A stretch of 64,000 nucleotides of DNA, taken from assembly GCF_018977255.1 (NCBI RefSeq), contig NW_024704742.1, forward strand, positions 101,558,001 through 101,622,000, in the 5' to 3' direction. A program made the translations under genes and the position numbers. Of this stretch, positions 49,672 to 61,520 are shown piece by piece. A model generated the notes under the pieces. That model made no database searches, was not told where the DNA came from, and was given only the letters and a program-made list of their open reading frames with translations. Source of the stretch: Callorhinchus milii. Lineage: Eukaryota. Each line of letters begins with the position of its first letter. Positions within the stretch are counted from its first letter, which is position 1.

Positions 49672-49945
49672 GATGTCCTTTGGATGTGATGTTAAACCGA
49701 GGTCCAGTCTGCCTGTTTAGGGGAACATTACTGTGGCACTGTTCAAAAAGAGAAGGGAGTTTCTCACAGTGTCCTTGCCAACAGCCCCCTGATAAAGTAG
49801 TCATTCATTTCATTGTTGTATCTGGGACACTGAGGTGCACAAATTGGTTGCTGTGTTTGCTAACAAATACGTAGTCACTATACTTCACACTAATTTCCTT
49901 TGACATGATTTTTGACATAATGAGTGTGACAACAAATGCAAGAGT
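49672..49945 (+). mobile_element. Deu-domain SINE fragment
   Basis: GGATGTGATGTTAAACCGAGGTCCAGTCTGCCTGTTTAGG...GCACAAATTGGTTGCTG. Confidence 0.78.
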
Positions 49946-51086
49946 TGTTATAAAGATAGTAACAGGAGAAATATTCTATCAGCTTACACTACCAGAAATT
50001 TAAGATGACTGGATTCTTCTGCCTCACGGGCATGAGCAAAGCTAAGTTTCAGAACTCCCCATAGACTCTCCAAAATTATTTCCACACAATGTGCACTTAA
50101 CATAGAAACATAACATTTTCAGCACAGGAAGCCAAAGAGCCCATCCTGTCATTTCCACTGTAACCTCCATTTTTTTTAAATCACTTTTTTTCATTAACCG
50201 CAGTTACCAGTTCTTTCACCGTATTCTTGCAAAAGCAATACAGTCTGTACTGCTGGCAAGTAGTTCTATAAATACTCCAGTGTGACAACCAGATACTGTG
50301 CATTAAGTGATCAGAGTAATCCTATGTCAACAGACATTAATGATCTCTGCTGAAATGGATATGAAAATCTTATCAAACACTCCCAACAATACCTCCCTGT
50401 CTCCACAGATGAAGCTCAGCTATTTGAGGTCAAGGGCAAACAGCATAATGCATCACACAGAGCACATCTGCTACCACACAGGCATCAGCAAGGAATCTGC
50501 GCCATCCGCACATTGTTCACATCATAATCACAACCACAAGCAGCTGGCACAAAGTTGTTCCATAAACCAGTGCTAGAATGAGCATTGGAGAGATCTTGGA
50601 TGGAGTCTTAGGTGTTGTAGGCCCCTGAAAAGTCAATCTGTACAAGAGAGACTCCACTGGGAGCGGAGTTGCACATTGGTCGCTGATATCTTCTGTTGGT
50701 ACTCTAGATACAGGGCGATGAAGACTTTTTCAGTCTTTGTTGTCCTGTAGGCAGATCACCAATGAGAAATGTCAGCTGTCAATGTGCTACTCCATCACAC
50801 AATGCAACCTGTATTGTGCCCATTTGCAAACAGATACATAAATAGCAAATCCCAGATTCTCTGGAACTTTGCTTGGTCGCCAATATCACACATGTCAAAA
50901 GAGTGATCGGTGTTGCAACTTAATTCCTGTGGGTCTGTCATTCACTATGCATAGATCCTTTCTATAATCTCCCGATTTAGTTTCTTAATAAGGGCCTGAA
51001 ATTACACCCAGTCTTTTCCTGTTTGATCATTTTGATTTAAAATTTACAAACATGAAGAATTGTGAAAAAATTTTAAATTAAGCCTT

Positions 51087-51128
51087 AATTTAGAACCCAC
51101 TTCTAAATTTAGAACCCACTTCTAAATT
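51087..51128. repeat. 19-bp tandem repeat x2 with self-complementary unit
   Basis: AATTTAGAA-CCCAC-TTCTAAATT repeated with overlap. Confidence 0.85.
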
Positions 51129-52113
51129 AAGATTGAATTCAAGAATTGACTAGAATTCTGCACCAATTCAAATTTTAAGACAAAATGGGTTTACAGGCCT
51201 AAGACTAAGGTATGGAAGAACTCATCATTTATCATCCAACTACTACAGCCATATGACAATCTGTAATGAGTTATGAATGCAGCAACAGGGGCAACATGGT
51301 CATATTTGACACAGGATCCAAACCTGAGTAGTTCGAAGAATTAGACTGGAAGAATTTACTAAAGAGGTTTTACAGTGGCATATTTTGTTCATTGGTGTTT
51401 GACTTTTCATTCCTGATTCTGAGTATTGTACGTGCAGCCTGCCTCAGAAAATAATTATGATTCAGTTTTATAAATGTTTTCAGGCAACAACAACTTGCCT
51501 TTATATAGAGCCCTTCACACAGGATAGCGTCTCGGAGTGGAGTTGGACATTGAGCAAGGGAGAAGGGGAAGCAAGGAAGAAGCAAAGCCATTGATCCTTA
51601 TTAAAGCCGTGTTGGGTGCCAAGCCAGAATTGATGATTGGGAGGTTTGGGATGTTCTCCCAATGTGAAAGGTGCTATATGAAAGTAAATTCATAGGGTAT
51701 TGTGCCCTAAAACCTGCCCAGGACATTAAAAAGAACTATTAAGGTAACCTTAAAACTAACTTTGAAACTCTACTGTCACCCAGTCTTCCTGGGGGCCAGC
51801 AAGCTCTTATCCAAGAAATTAACACAGCATCACACATGAAAGGAAGATACAGCCCTCTTGTATTTTTCTGACATAAGTAGGCTTTTGCCAACTGAACCGT
51901 GAAAATACATCTGGATGAGAAGTTCTGGAGTATATGATCCATTCCATCTGTCAAGCTTCTTAGAGTGAACATGCAGATTGCTAGTACATCTTAATGAAAT
52001 CTGTAACAAGCACTAATAGCAAACAGAGATTTGGCTCTAAGATTTATAAGTAGTCGTTGACACGTAGGCCTTCAGTGATCAGAGAAGATGAGCTCTGCAC
52101 ATTCAATTTCAGC

Positions 52114-52530
52114 CAACGACAACAACAAAATTACATTTGTATAACGCCTTTCACGTCGGAAGAATGTCCCAAAGGGCTGGACAGTCAGAGTTTCGGACCC
52201 GAGCTGCGGGTCCAGGAGGGTGGAGGGCAGGGGGGGGAAGCAGGGTCATCGAAAGCATGATTGAAGAGGAGGATCTTGAGATGAGTCTTGAAGGAGGCAA
52301 GGGAGCGGGTGCGGGTGAGGTATTGTGGGATGGAGTTCTAAAGAGCGGGGGCAGTGACAGAAGGTCCACCTCCAATGGTGGGGCGGGCGAGGCAGGGGAC
52401 ATGAAGCAGGCCGGAGCCCGCTGAGCAGAAGCAGCGGTCAGGATGGTAGAGGGTCAAGGAGTTTGCATAGACAATCCTCGACGTAATGAATGCATGTATG
52501 AGGGTTTCGGCAGCCTGCGGTGTGAGACAG
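52114..52530 (-). mobile_element. L2 3' fragment with internal deletions
   Basis: (CAA)n tail, stem-loop and GA-rich body. Confidence 0.88.
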
Positions 52531-52545
52531 TCAACAAACTAACAA

Positions 52546-53294
52546 GATTCCTGTAGCTCGGTGGTTAGACCACTCGCTTCGCAAGTGAGAGTCCTGGGTT
52601 TGATTCCTGGCAGGGCAAAACCTTGGACAAATTTCCTTACTCCACACACCTGATAATAATCCCTCAAGAAAAAAACAATAATAATTTGGTCACTCAATCC
52701 ACGACTTTTTGTGGGACACTGCTGTGTGCAATTGACTGCCGCATTTCACCCACAAAATATACAGTCAATTCACTGCCCAACTTCACTGGTTTCCCATTAC
52801 CCAGAGGATACAGTTCAAGATCCTGGTCCTCACCTTCAAAGCCATGATCTTGCTCTCCCCTACCTCTGCGACCTCCTCACCACCACCATCCTGTTCGCTC
52901 TCTCCACTCAGCATGCTCCGTCCTGCTTCACGTCCCCCACCTCGCTCACCCCGCTTTTGGTGGGCGGGCCTTCTGCCACTCTACCCCCACCCTCTGGAAC
53001 TCCATCCCCCAGTTCCTCCACCTTGCCCCCTCTTTTTCTCCTTCAAGACCCATCTCAAGACCCTCCTCTTCGACCACGTTTTCCATCACCCTGCTTCCCT
53101 CCTGCCCTCCCCCCTCCCCAATCCCAAACCCCAGCTCGGGTCCGAAACTCTGACTGCCCAGCACCTTAGGACATCCTCCCAATGTGAAAGGCGCTATACA
53201 AATGTAATTTTGTTGTTGTATATTCTGTGAAGCGCTTTGAGACATCTAGAAGACGTGAAAAGCGCTATATCTAATGCAAGGATTATTATTATTA
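52546..53294 (+). mobile_element. tRNA-like SINE split by L2
   Basis: SINE runs to CAGTCAATTCACT (52774) and resumes TATATTCTGTGAAGCGC at 53219. Confidence 0.9.
52775..53218 (+). mobile_element. L2 3' fragment nested in SINE
   Basis: LHWxP-coding start, 3' stem-loop, (TTG)n. Confidence 0.9.
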
Positions 53295-53904
53295 AATAAT
53301 GCAATGTTCTGACTGTGAGCTGAAGTCCTAATGTGGAGCTTGAAAAAAGAACCGTCACACCCAGATGCGTATCGTTCCCCATCAAAAAGATTCTCATGCG
53401 CAGCACTGAAATCTTTGTTTCTTTAGGTGGTATTTAACTAATGGGGTTAGTACTGTAAATAGCATTGGCGGTCTAAATATTTAATTGTTTTACCAGATTA
53501 TTTCATCCAAGTTTTCAGTCTTCAAAATTCTCACCAGCACTGTTTCATTCTCATCAGAAATTAAGATAACGGAAATGCTCTGCATAGAATCCAACCTGAA
53601 AGCGATAATCGGAAATGTAGTTCCTGTGAAGCTGGTAAAAAGACTAAAGACTTGAATTCAAGAAAGAAGAAGGTTCAATATATAACTATTTCACGTTTGG
53701 ATCCATGTTGGAATGGTTGTGAGCGCTCTTGTATTTCTAAGGGAAATCCCCCTTTGATTTTTCTATCCATTCATTCTCCCTCAGCTATACAGGACCTGCA
53801 ACTAAGAGACTCCAGCCCTCCATAAGTGTTACCCCAACTATACACAAAGAATAGCACAAGAACACGTCCGTCTAATTTTTCTTTCCTCATATAGGGTAGG
53901 TAGA

Positions 53905-54660
53905 CTGAGATCGGAAAGTTAGCAGTTAGGTCAGAGGGGAGGGGTGGTGTAGGGTGAGGGAAGGCAGAGAGGTGGGAGGGCGACCAAAGGCATGATTGAA
54001 GAGGAGGGTCTTGAGACCGGCCTTGAAGGAGGCAAGGGAGGAAGCGAGGTGAAGGGACTGTGGGATGGAGTTCCAGAGTGTGGGGACAGAGAGGCTGAAA
54101 GCCCGGCCACCGATGGTAGGGCAGATCGGACGGGAAACATGGAGCAGACCAGAGCCCGCTGAACGGAGGGAGCGGGCAGGTTGGTAGGGAGTCAGCAGGT
54201 CAGAGAGGTACGAGGGGGCAAGGCCATGGATGGCCTTGAAAGTGAGGACGAGGATCTTGAACTTGATCCTTTGAGGGATGGGGAGCCAGTGGAGTCGGGC
54301 GAGGGTGGGAGTGATGGGGTCACAGAGCCTGGTGCGCAAGACTACACTAGCTGCAGAGTTTAGGATGATCTGCAGCTTGTGAAGGAAAGGGTTGGGAAGG
54401 CCGATGAGGAGGGAGTTCCCATAATCGAGCTTTGATGTGACGAATGCATAGATAAGAGTTTTGGCAGCCTGAGGAGTGAGGCGGTGGTGGAGTCTGGCAA
54501 TGTTGGGGAGGTGGTGGTAGGCAGTGCCGGTCATGGTACGGATGTGGGAGAGAAAGGACAGTTGAGGGTCAAACAAGACACCCAGGTTCCTGACTGGCTT
54601 AGTGAGGTTGAGTGTGCAGCCATGGAGGCTGATGCTGCCAGGGCCCGAGGTGACAGCAGT
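53905..54660 (-). mobile_element. Young L2 fragment with uninterrupted ORF2 C-terminus
   Basis: ORF 53926-54681: VRNLGVLFDPQLSF...SKLDYGNSLL...LARLHWLP...FKAGLKTLLF; 3' tail absent. Confidence 0.95.
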
Positions 54661-55459
54661 GTTTACAACTGATAAATTCAATGATGAGGGAACATCTGTT
54701 TCAACTTATTGAACTCACAGGCACGTGCTTTTCAAGCTTCCTAGGATATATAAAAAAAATACTTTTCTTCCTGCTATTCCTCTACCAACAGTTAAGTTGA
54801 TATTTACAGATGAGCCTGTTCTTCAAAAGCATTAATCAAGACATGGAGCTACAAACTTCTTGTATGGTAACCACTTAGGGTATTGTACACTTACAGACCA
54901 GCTTCAATGTGGATCACTGGTAATGTGCCTGTAGAGGTTTATCTCTTCAATGATTCAGTACATTTGCAAAGAGTGCCCACGTGACATGGAACTGTAACTT
55001 GTCAGATGAGATGTTATATTGTATATCTGGGCAATTGGAGAGATGGCAGAAAGGTTAACAATGTTTAATCACACTTCTAAACATTTTATAAACCCGTTTG
55101 TATTTTTCAATAGAAAAAAAATCTTCTCAGGNTTTTTTTTAAAAGAATGGAGCAAGAAAATACTAAAAATGTTAGACAGGTTGCTTGTCATTTAAACTTA
55201 ACATATATAAAAATGTTGCAGTCGAACTAATTCATAACTAAATACTGCCCTTCTGATCTCAGTACAACAGCTGATGTTTGCCAACAACTTTACAGTAACA
55301 ACAACTTGTGTTTATATAGCATCCTTCATGAGGGGTGGCTTTCTCACAGTAAATCTTGTGAAGCGCTAATATTATTAATATTATGATAATATTATTATAA
55401 AGAGAGATAATATTATTATTATTTAGCAGGCCTGATAATGCAGCAGCATGCAAACTATT

Positions 55460-55990
55460 AAGAAGACAGGAAATTAGGAACAGGAGAGGGCTATTTTGTT
55501 TATCAAGCGCACCTCACCCAAACCTTCCCAACCCCACCTCCCCCTTTTCCCGCCATATCCCTTAATAATTTTGCTCACCAAGTGTCTATCCATCTCCCTC
55601 TTAAATTCCCCCAATTGATTTCTTGCCTATGGCTTTCTGGGCATTACATTACAGATTCTTATTATCTCTGCAACAGTGTTTTCTTCATTTCAATCCCAAC
55701 TTGCTTTTCCTTTTTTTAAGGTCATTTCCTCTTACAATAGTGGTGTTTGGGTATCAATTGCATGGACATGGATTCAGAAACGGCTAAAGGAAAGGATGCA
55801 GGGGCTCTTTAGTCTTGAGAGAAGACAAATTAGATGGGACCTATTGAGATGCATAAAGTTTGGATGAGATTGAAAAAGTAAATCTAGAGTAATACTTTAG
55901 GATGCACTAAGGCAGAAGAACAAGAGGACATAGGTTTAAAGTTGCAAAGGGCAGCTTCAGGACAGACATCCTCCTTGAACAGAGAATGGA
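55460..55990. mobile_element. Two old CR1 3' fragments in opposite orientations
   Basis: 55460-55680 minus (AGGAAATTAGGAACAGGAG tail); 55785-55990 plus (RLKERMQGLFSLERRQIRWDL; AACAAGAGGACATAGGTTTAAA). Confidence 0.7.
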
Positions 55991-56088
55991 TATTAGAAGC
56001 ATTCACACACCCAAGAGTCTGGAGTGCAGCAGGTCAGGGAGCTGATGTCCCTGATTGTGGGTTCACTTGACACATGGTTTACCTGATT

Positions 56089-56400
56089 TAATAGTAATAA
56101 TAATCCTTGCATTTGATATAGCGCTTTTCACGTCGGGAGGACGTCCCAAAGCGCTTCACAGAACACACTGTAAAGTGAATTGACTATATTTGTGGGCGAA
56201 CACGGCAGCCAATTGCGCACAGCAATGTCCCACAAACAGTTGTAGATTGAAAATTACCAATTTATTATTGTTTTTGGTTTTTGGAGGGATTATTATTAGG
56301 CGTGTGGAGTAAGTAAACTTGCCCAAGGATTCACCCTGCCTGGAATTGAACTCAGGTCTCTCGCTTGCAAAGCGAGTGCTCTAACCACTGAGCTACAGGA
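56089..56400 (-). mobile_element. Young tRNA-Ala-like SINE, short form
   Basis: Near-identical to 13417-13745. Confidence 0.95.
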
Positions 56401-56834
56401 TTTGTTGATTCCCAATAAAGTGAATTTGTTTTGTTTAACAATGGCTGGCAGCAATGGCTTCTCCCGCAACACTGCCACTACAATATTATAGAGAGGATTT
56501 CTCACTGAAGAAAAAGAGCTGAGAAATAACCAAATTGTTTTTATTTCTAGTGCAACTATTCTAAACACAAAGTACTCCTTCACATCTTGATTTCACTCTT
56601 TATAGCTGATTAATGACACGGCCGATTGACATTTTTAAATATAAGCCTGTAATATACCTTTAGACTGTATCTCCTCAGTCAAAGCAACATAGAGCTTGAT
56701 ATTGGTTGGGGTTATTCTGTGTACGACTTACAAAACAAAACATTCTGGGGTCATACAGCTTTATGCTTGTACAATTACAATGCAACACTTGTATTGAAAA
56801 TCAAGACTAAATGAATCCTTCCATCTGTGACTGT

Positions 56835-57205
56835 GAATCAGAAGCTTGTTGGCATATCGAGACTTGAGCTCAGTTTACAGTGACACTTCAGTAGCATTGG
56901 AGGAGAGCAGCATTGCCAGAGGTGCCATTCTTTGAATGAGACATTGAAAACATAATTCCAACCATCTGTTCAGATGGAACATTGAATATCCCATGACATA
57001 GTTCAAAAAGGTTATGAAGCTTCTCCTAGTGTCCTGGCCAACAATCCTCCAAATAAATTGATCAGTCATTTTATGGCTATTTGCGGGAACTTACTGTGTG
57101 CAAATAGGCTGTTGTCTATAAATATAGTCACTAAACTAGAATGCAATTATCAATGAACCACTTTGAGATGTTTGAATACAATCAGTGTGATATCAAACAC
57201 AAAGA
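56835..57205 (+). mobile_element. Deu-domain SINE (old)
   Basis: GCATTGCCAGAGGTGCCATTCTTTGAATGAGACATT...CTGTTCAGATGGAACATTGAATATCCCATGACA. Confidence 0.75.
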
Positions 57206-57488
57206 TTTAAAAAAACTAACTAGAATTACTTATCCATATTATGCACTTCCTTTTTATGGTTGAATGTCCTATAAGTATCTGAGCAGAACAGCACATAAGT
57301 GAGAATATAGGTTCATGTCTCAAGGCTGTCAGACCATTAGTTCTGTCTTTGGTTCCATTATTTTGAAAGAACATTACGAAATCATAAGATTGGTTCAATG
57401 CTATGCTGAAGTGTCAGTGTAGACTGTGAGCTCAAGTTTCGATGTGCCAATAAGTTTCTGATTCACAAGCGTGATGGCAGGACTTAGT

Positions 57489-57856
57489 TATAATAATAAT
57501 ATTCCTTGCATTTTTTATAATGCTTTTTACGTCTTCTAGACGTCTCAAAGTGCTTCACAGTATATACTGTAAAGTGAATTGACTGTGTATTTTGTGGGTG
57601 AAACACAGCAGCCAATTGCGCACAGCAGTGTCCCACAGTCATGGATTGAGTGACCAAATTATTATTGTTTTTTTAAGGATTATTATCCCCGGAAAAGCGA
57701 TCCGCCAATCAACTAACAACTGAGTTCCTACTTACTACTAGGTAAACAGAGGCATGTGGAGTAAGGAAATTTGCCCAACATTTCGCCCTGCCGGGAATAG
57801 AACCCTGGTCTCTCGCTTGCGAGGCGAGTGCTCTAATCAGTGAGCTATAGGACTCC
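57489..57856 (-). mobile_element. Long-form tRNA-like SINE, full length
   Basis: Contains extra segment GGAAAAGCGATCCGCCAATCAACTAACAAC...CTAGGTAAACAG. Confidence 0.93.
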
Positions 57857-58036
57857 ACTCCAAATAATGAAGATATTTAGCCTTGATTTTCGTACAAGTG
57901 TTGTATCATGATTGTACAAGCGTAAAGCTGCATGACCCCGAAAGTATGAATAACAAAAATGGAGCCAAAAATGAGTTGCATTCAACTCTGTTATAAACAT
58001 TCAATCAGTAATGCTGCAAATCTCTGTGAGGTGCCT

Positions 58037-58346
58037 TAATAATCCTTGCATTTGATATAGCGCTTTTCACGTCGGGAGGACGTCCCAAAGCGCTTCACAG
58101 AACACACTGTAAAGTGAATTGACTGTATATTTGTGGGCGAACGCGGCAGCCAATTGTGCACAGCAATGTCCCACAAACGGTCGTAGATTGAAAATGACCA
58201 ATTTATTATTGTTTTTGGTTTTGGAGGGATTATTATTAGGTGTGTGGAGTAAGGAAACTTGCCCAAGGTTTCGCCCTCTGCCTGGAATTGAACTCAGGTC
58301 TCTTGCTTGCAAAGCGAGTGCTCTAACCACTGAGCTACAGGACTCC
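58037..58346 (-). mobile_element. Young tRNA-Ala-like SINE, short form
   Basis: Near-identical to 13417-13745. Confidence 0.95.
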
Positions 58347-61194
58347 ATGTTAAGCTACAGGACTTAATGCTTGTCATTCAAATTTGGTGATTGTGCTTTT
58401 TAACGTTCAGCAAACCAAACCAAAAATGGTATAGAACTAGCTAAATATTTTTATCTCAAGTACTTTACAAGTTTGGAAAAAACATATTAAGCATAACAAC
58501 TTAAGAAATATTATTAAGTATTTGACCCAGTGAGTTCCATCTACTTGGATATATTGTTCAGTCATGGTGCTTTGTGTAAGCATTAAAATTGCTTACTTCA
58601 ATTATGCACTGGTCCCATAAGAAGGTTCAAAGCAATCAGTGAATTAAAAGGTTCACTGAAAGCTTTACATATTCTGCCGAACATTAAATATAAATTGTAT
58701 CTGTCATCTGCAAGGTCATTTGAGCTACTAACTTTGTAATCTAAACTTTTTTCGGATGGTCTGTGTTTTGGTGACTTGTAGAAAAATAATGCATTTGGCT
58801 TTAAATAATTGCCGTCGGAGTTAACTTGTGATCACATCTCTGTTAGACTGTAATTGCAAAGAGTAATGTTATAACATATAACTTGACATCTTTAACTTGA
58901 CTTAAACATTCAAGTTATATGTGAAGTGATTTATAAGCATCAACTATTTAATAAGAAATGATAATGGAGCACGTGACATAAGTAATTAAGCCCGAAGTAC
59001 CATCAGTATTTTGGCATCTTAAAATCTACATCTAATAACTGTCAAATTTACTTCACACCATTCTTCACACATAACTCATAACTTATTTTATCAACAAAAT
59101 AATTCTGAAGTCAAATTTATTCACAATAAGTATTAATCCAATGATCCACTGCCAAAAGTACTGATGAGGATAGGCTTTAGCAATCAATTGTTTTATGAGG
59201 GTTTGATCCTTAGTATTACAGTGAAATTTGATTCATTCAATATTGGACAATTGAATAGTTCGGTTTGTTGAATAGAATTTAGAAATCCCAAATCATTTGC
59301 ACAGCTAATCTAATGATTACCAGATACACAAATATTCAATTTATCAAGTAATTTTCCCTGTGACAATTCGTACAAAAAACATTTGTACAAAAGCCTGTCC
59401 TGTGGTCAGTAAAATTTTGCCTTGTTTTTTATCCTTGCTCAACTAATTTGACAAAGCAGAGTCCCATACAAATATTAAGTAGATGGAACAGGTTAATGAA
59501 ACTCTTTGGTGTCTGCAATGACTAAGTCTGACTCAACAGACAAGATCACAGAGACATAAAACTTTCAGCCTTGGCAGTCAGGCTGCAAATAATGATTAGA
59601 ACAGCCCAAATACAGGCTGGATTTTAACACCGCTATAATCACTGTGGCTGAAGACTAATATAAGAAGCAGTGCTTCTCTTAGGTGGCTTAGCAAACCCTG
59701 TACATGAATCATTAGGAATTGCTTCAAAAGATGGAAGGATGCCAAGTATGCAAAGCAGAAGGTGCATGGTGCAAAGTGACCAAGGGATCAAGTTAATTTA
59801 GGTAAACTGGAGATCTGTCGAGGAGATCAGAAAGGTGGTCAGTGTTAAATATAATATTAAACCTAAAACATTATTTAAATATGTTATATTTTAATTTTAA
59901 ACCTATGCCCCCAAAGTCCAAGCTCAAAGTCTGCATATCGTCTTTGTGCAGGTTTCTCATCTCGGAGAAATGAATTGGGCCTCTGTTCAACCCTCTTATT
60001 TCTCGTGAGAAAAAATTCAGCTCTACGAACCTCTTTGCATAACGTAGAGCTCAAAACTCTGGAATCGTTCTTCAACACAAAACTAGCTCTTCAAAATGCT
60101 TGAATCTCAAGTGTCCCAAACCATAATCTGATAGGTAGAGTTGTACTTTAGATTCTTTAGAAGGAATGTTCAGACATCATGAGCAGATGGAGAATCTTCT
60201 ATAAAATATGTGGTACTTTGGCAGCATAGTTATGGTGGCTCCTGCCATGTGCTGGACTTGTGAAACGTCTTTGAATGTACCACAGCACCTATTGGTTGAT
60301 CAACACTCTGGATGGAATCACCCAGGAACCCACTTCACTTCCGCTGATCCTGTTAACTCAGCGCAAATACCATAGTACTTATTATTATTAATTATATTAT
60401 TATTATTACTTGAAAGTGTGGTTTTCCTCAAACTACTGTGGAATCATCTAGTTCAAAAAACATTATCACTTTTCCCATCTACAGAGAGCAGTCAGCACCA
60501 ACAATGATACAAGAATAGACAATCGTCTGTCAAAGTACCAAGCGGGGTAGCAGGCTGCAGATGTGACGGTTCCAGTCTGCTTCAACCTATGGTGTACATC
60601 ATAGCTTCCTTGGCTGAGATAAGTAGTAATTCTTCTCTGCCTTAATGATGTTGGCTACAACCTAAGCATACCAAGATTATAAACTACCTCAAGCGATTCC
60701 CCCACCAGCCCACTCATGGTTGCTGTCTCATCTATTTGAGTTACAACCACCTTCACAGTTGAATAACTCCAGAAAGACTTGGACATTGCTTTATGATTCT
60801 AGAGGAAAAAGAACTGTTGATACAGTTCTACCATTTATCAGCATTTGTTAGAGAAAACGAACCTCAACATTCCACTAAAGTTTAACTGTGTCATTTTAGA
60901 CTTTAGTCACACCGATTCCCATAAACACATAATTATTTCCATTGTTGAAGTGGTTGTGCTCACTTATGCAGACTCTTGTCTCTTTCTATAATAATAATTA
61001 TTGAATTTGGTTTACCATCTTATCACGTTGGAATCAGGATCTACTGTGAAATGGAGTGACTGTGTATTTGTAGACAAACACAGCAGCACAATTGTACCCA
61101 GCAATGGAACAAATTATCAATTTTATTTGGAGGAATTATTTACTGAAATGTAGCTACAGTTTAATATCTCTGTAATACATTTATATTTTTTCCT

Positions 61195-61520
61195 GAATGC
61201 AAAATCCTGCAGATGCTGGAAATCTGAAAATAAAAACAGAAGTCGCTGGGAACACTCAGTAGGTCAGGCAACATCTATGGAGAAAGGAAAGTGGGTCAAC
61301 GTTTCGGGTCCACGAACCTTCGTCAGAACTGGGGCATGTTGGGAGGGAGAGGTTTTTAAGGGCTAACAGAGAGGGGGGAGGGAGGGCAAGGAAGACAAAG
61401 GAGAAAATGGGGTGGAGGACAGGGGATGATGGGTTAAAGAGATGTTAATGATGCAAAACAAAGGTGGGGATTGCAACAAAGCAGGGGAATAGAAATGTTC
61501 GTACTGCCAAACAAAGTGGG
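61195..61520 (-). mobile_element. Penelope-like element terminal repeat fragment
   Basis: CAGATGCTGGAAATCTGAAAATAAAAACAG...CTCAGTAGGTCAGGCAACATCT...AACGTTTCGGGTC...TTCGTCAGAACTGG then a GA-rich tract; family assignment from recall plus the hammerhead motif. Confidence 0.7.
61294..61330 (-). ncRNA. Minimal type I hammerhead ribozyme motif (imperfect stems)
   Basis: Minus strand AGUU CUGACGA A GGUUC GUG GACCC GAAA CG UU GACC: intact CUGANGA and GAAA boxes, palindromic AACGUU stem III. Confidence 0.7.

Noticed and set aside
50400..50745. VQIDFSGAYNT resembling an RT motif on the minus strand
   Set aside because: Single short resemblance flanked by stops, with no other RT motifs in order
55132..55132. 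Ambiguous base n next to a T run
   Set aside because: Assembly or sequencing artefact, not biology
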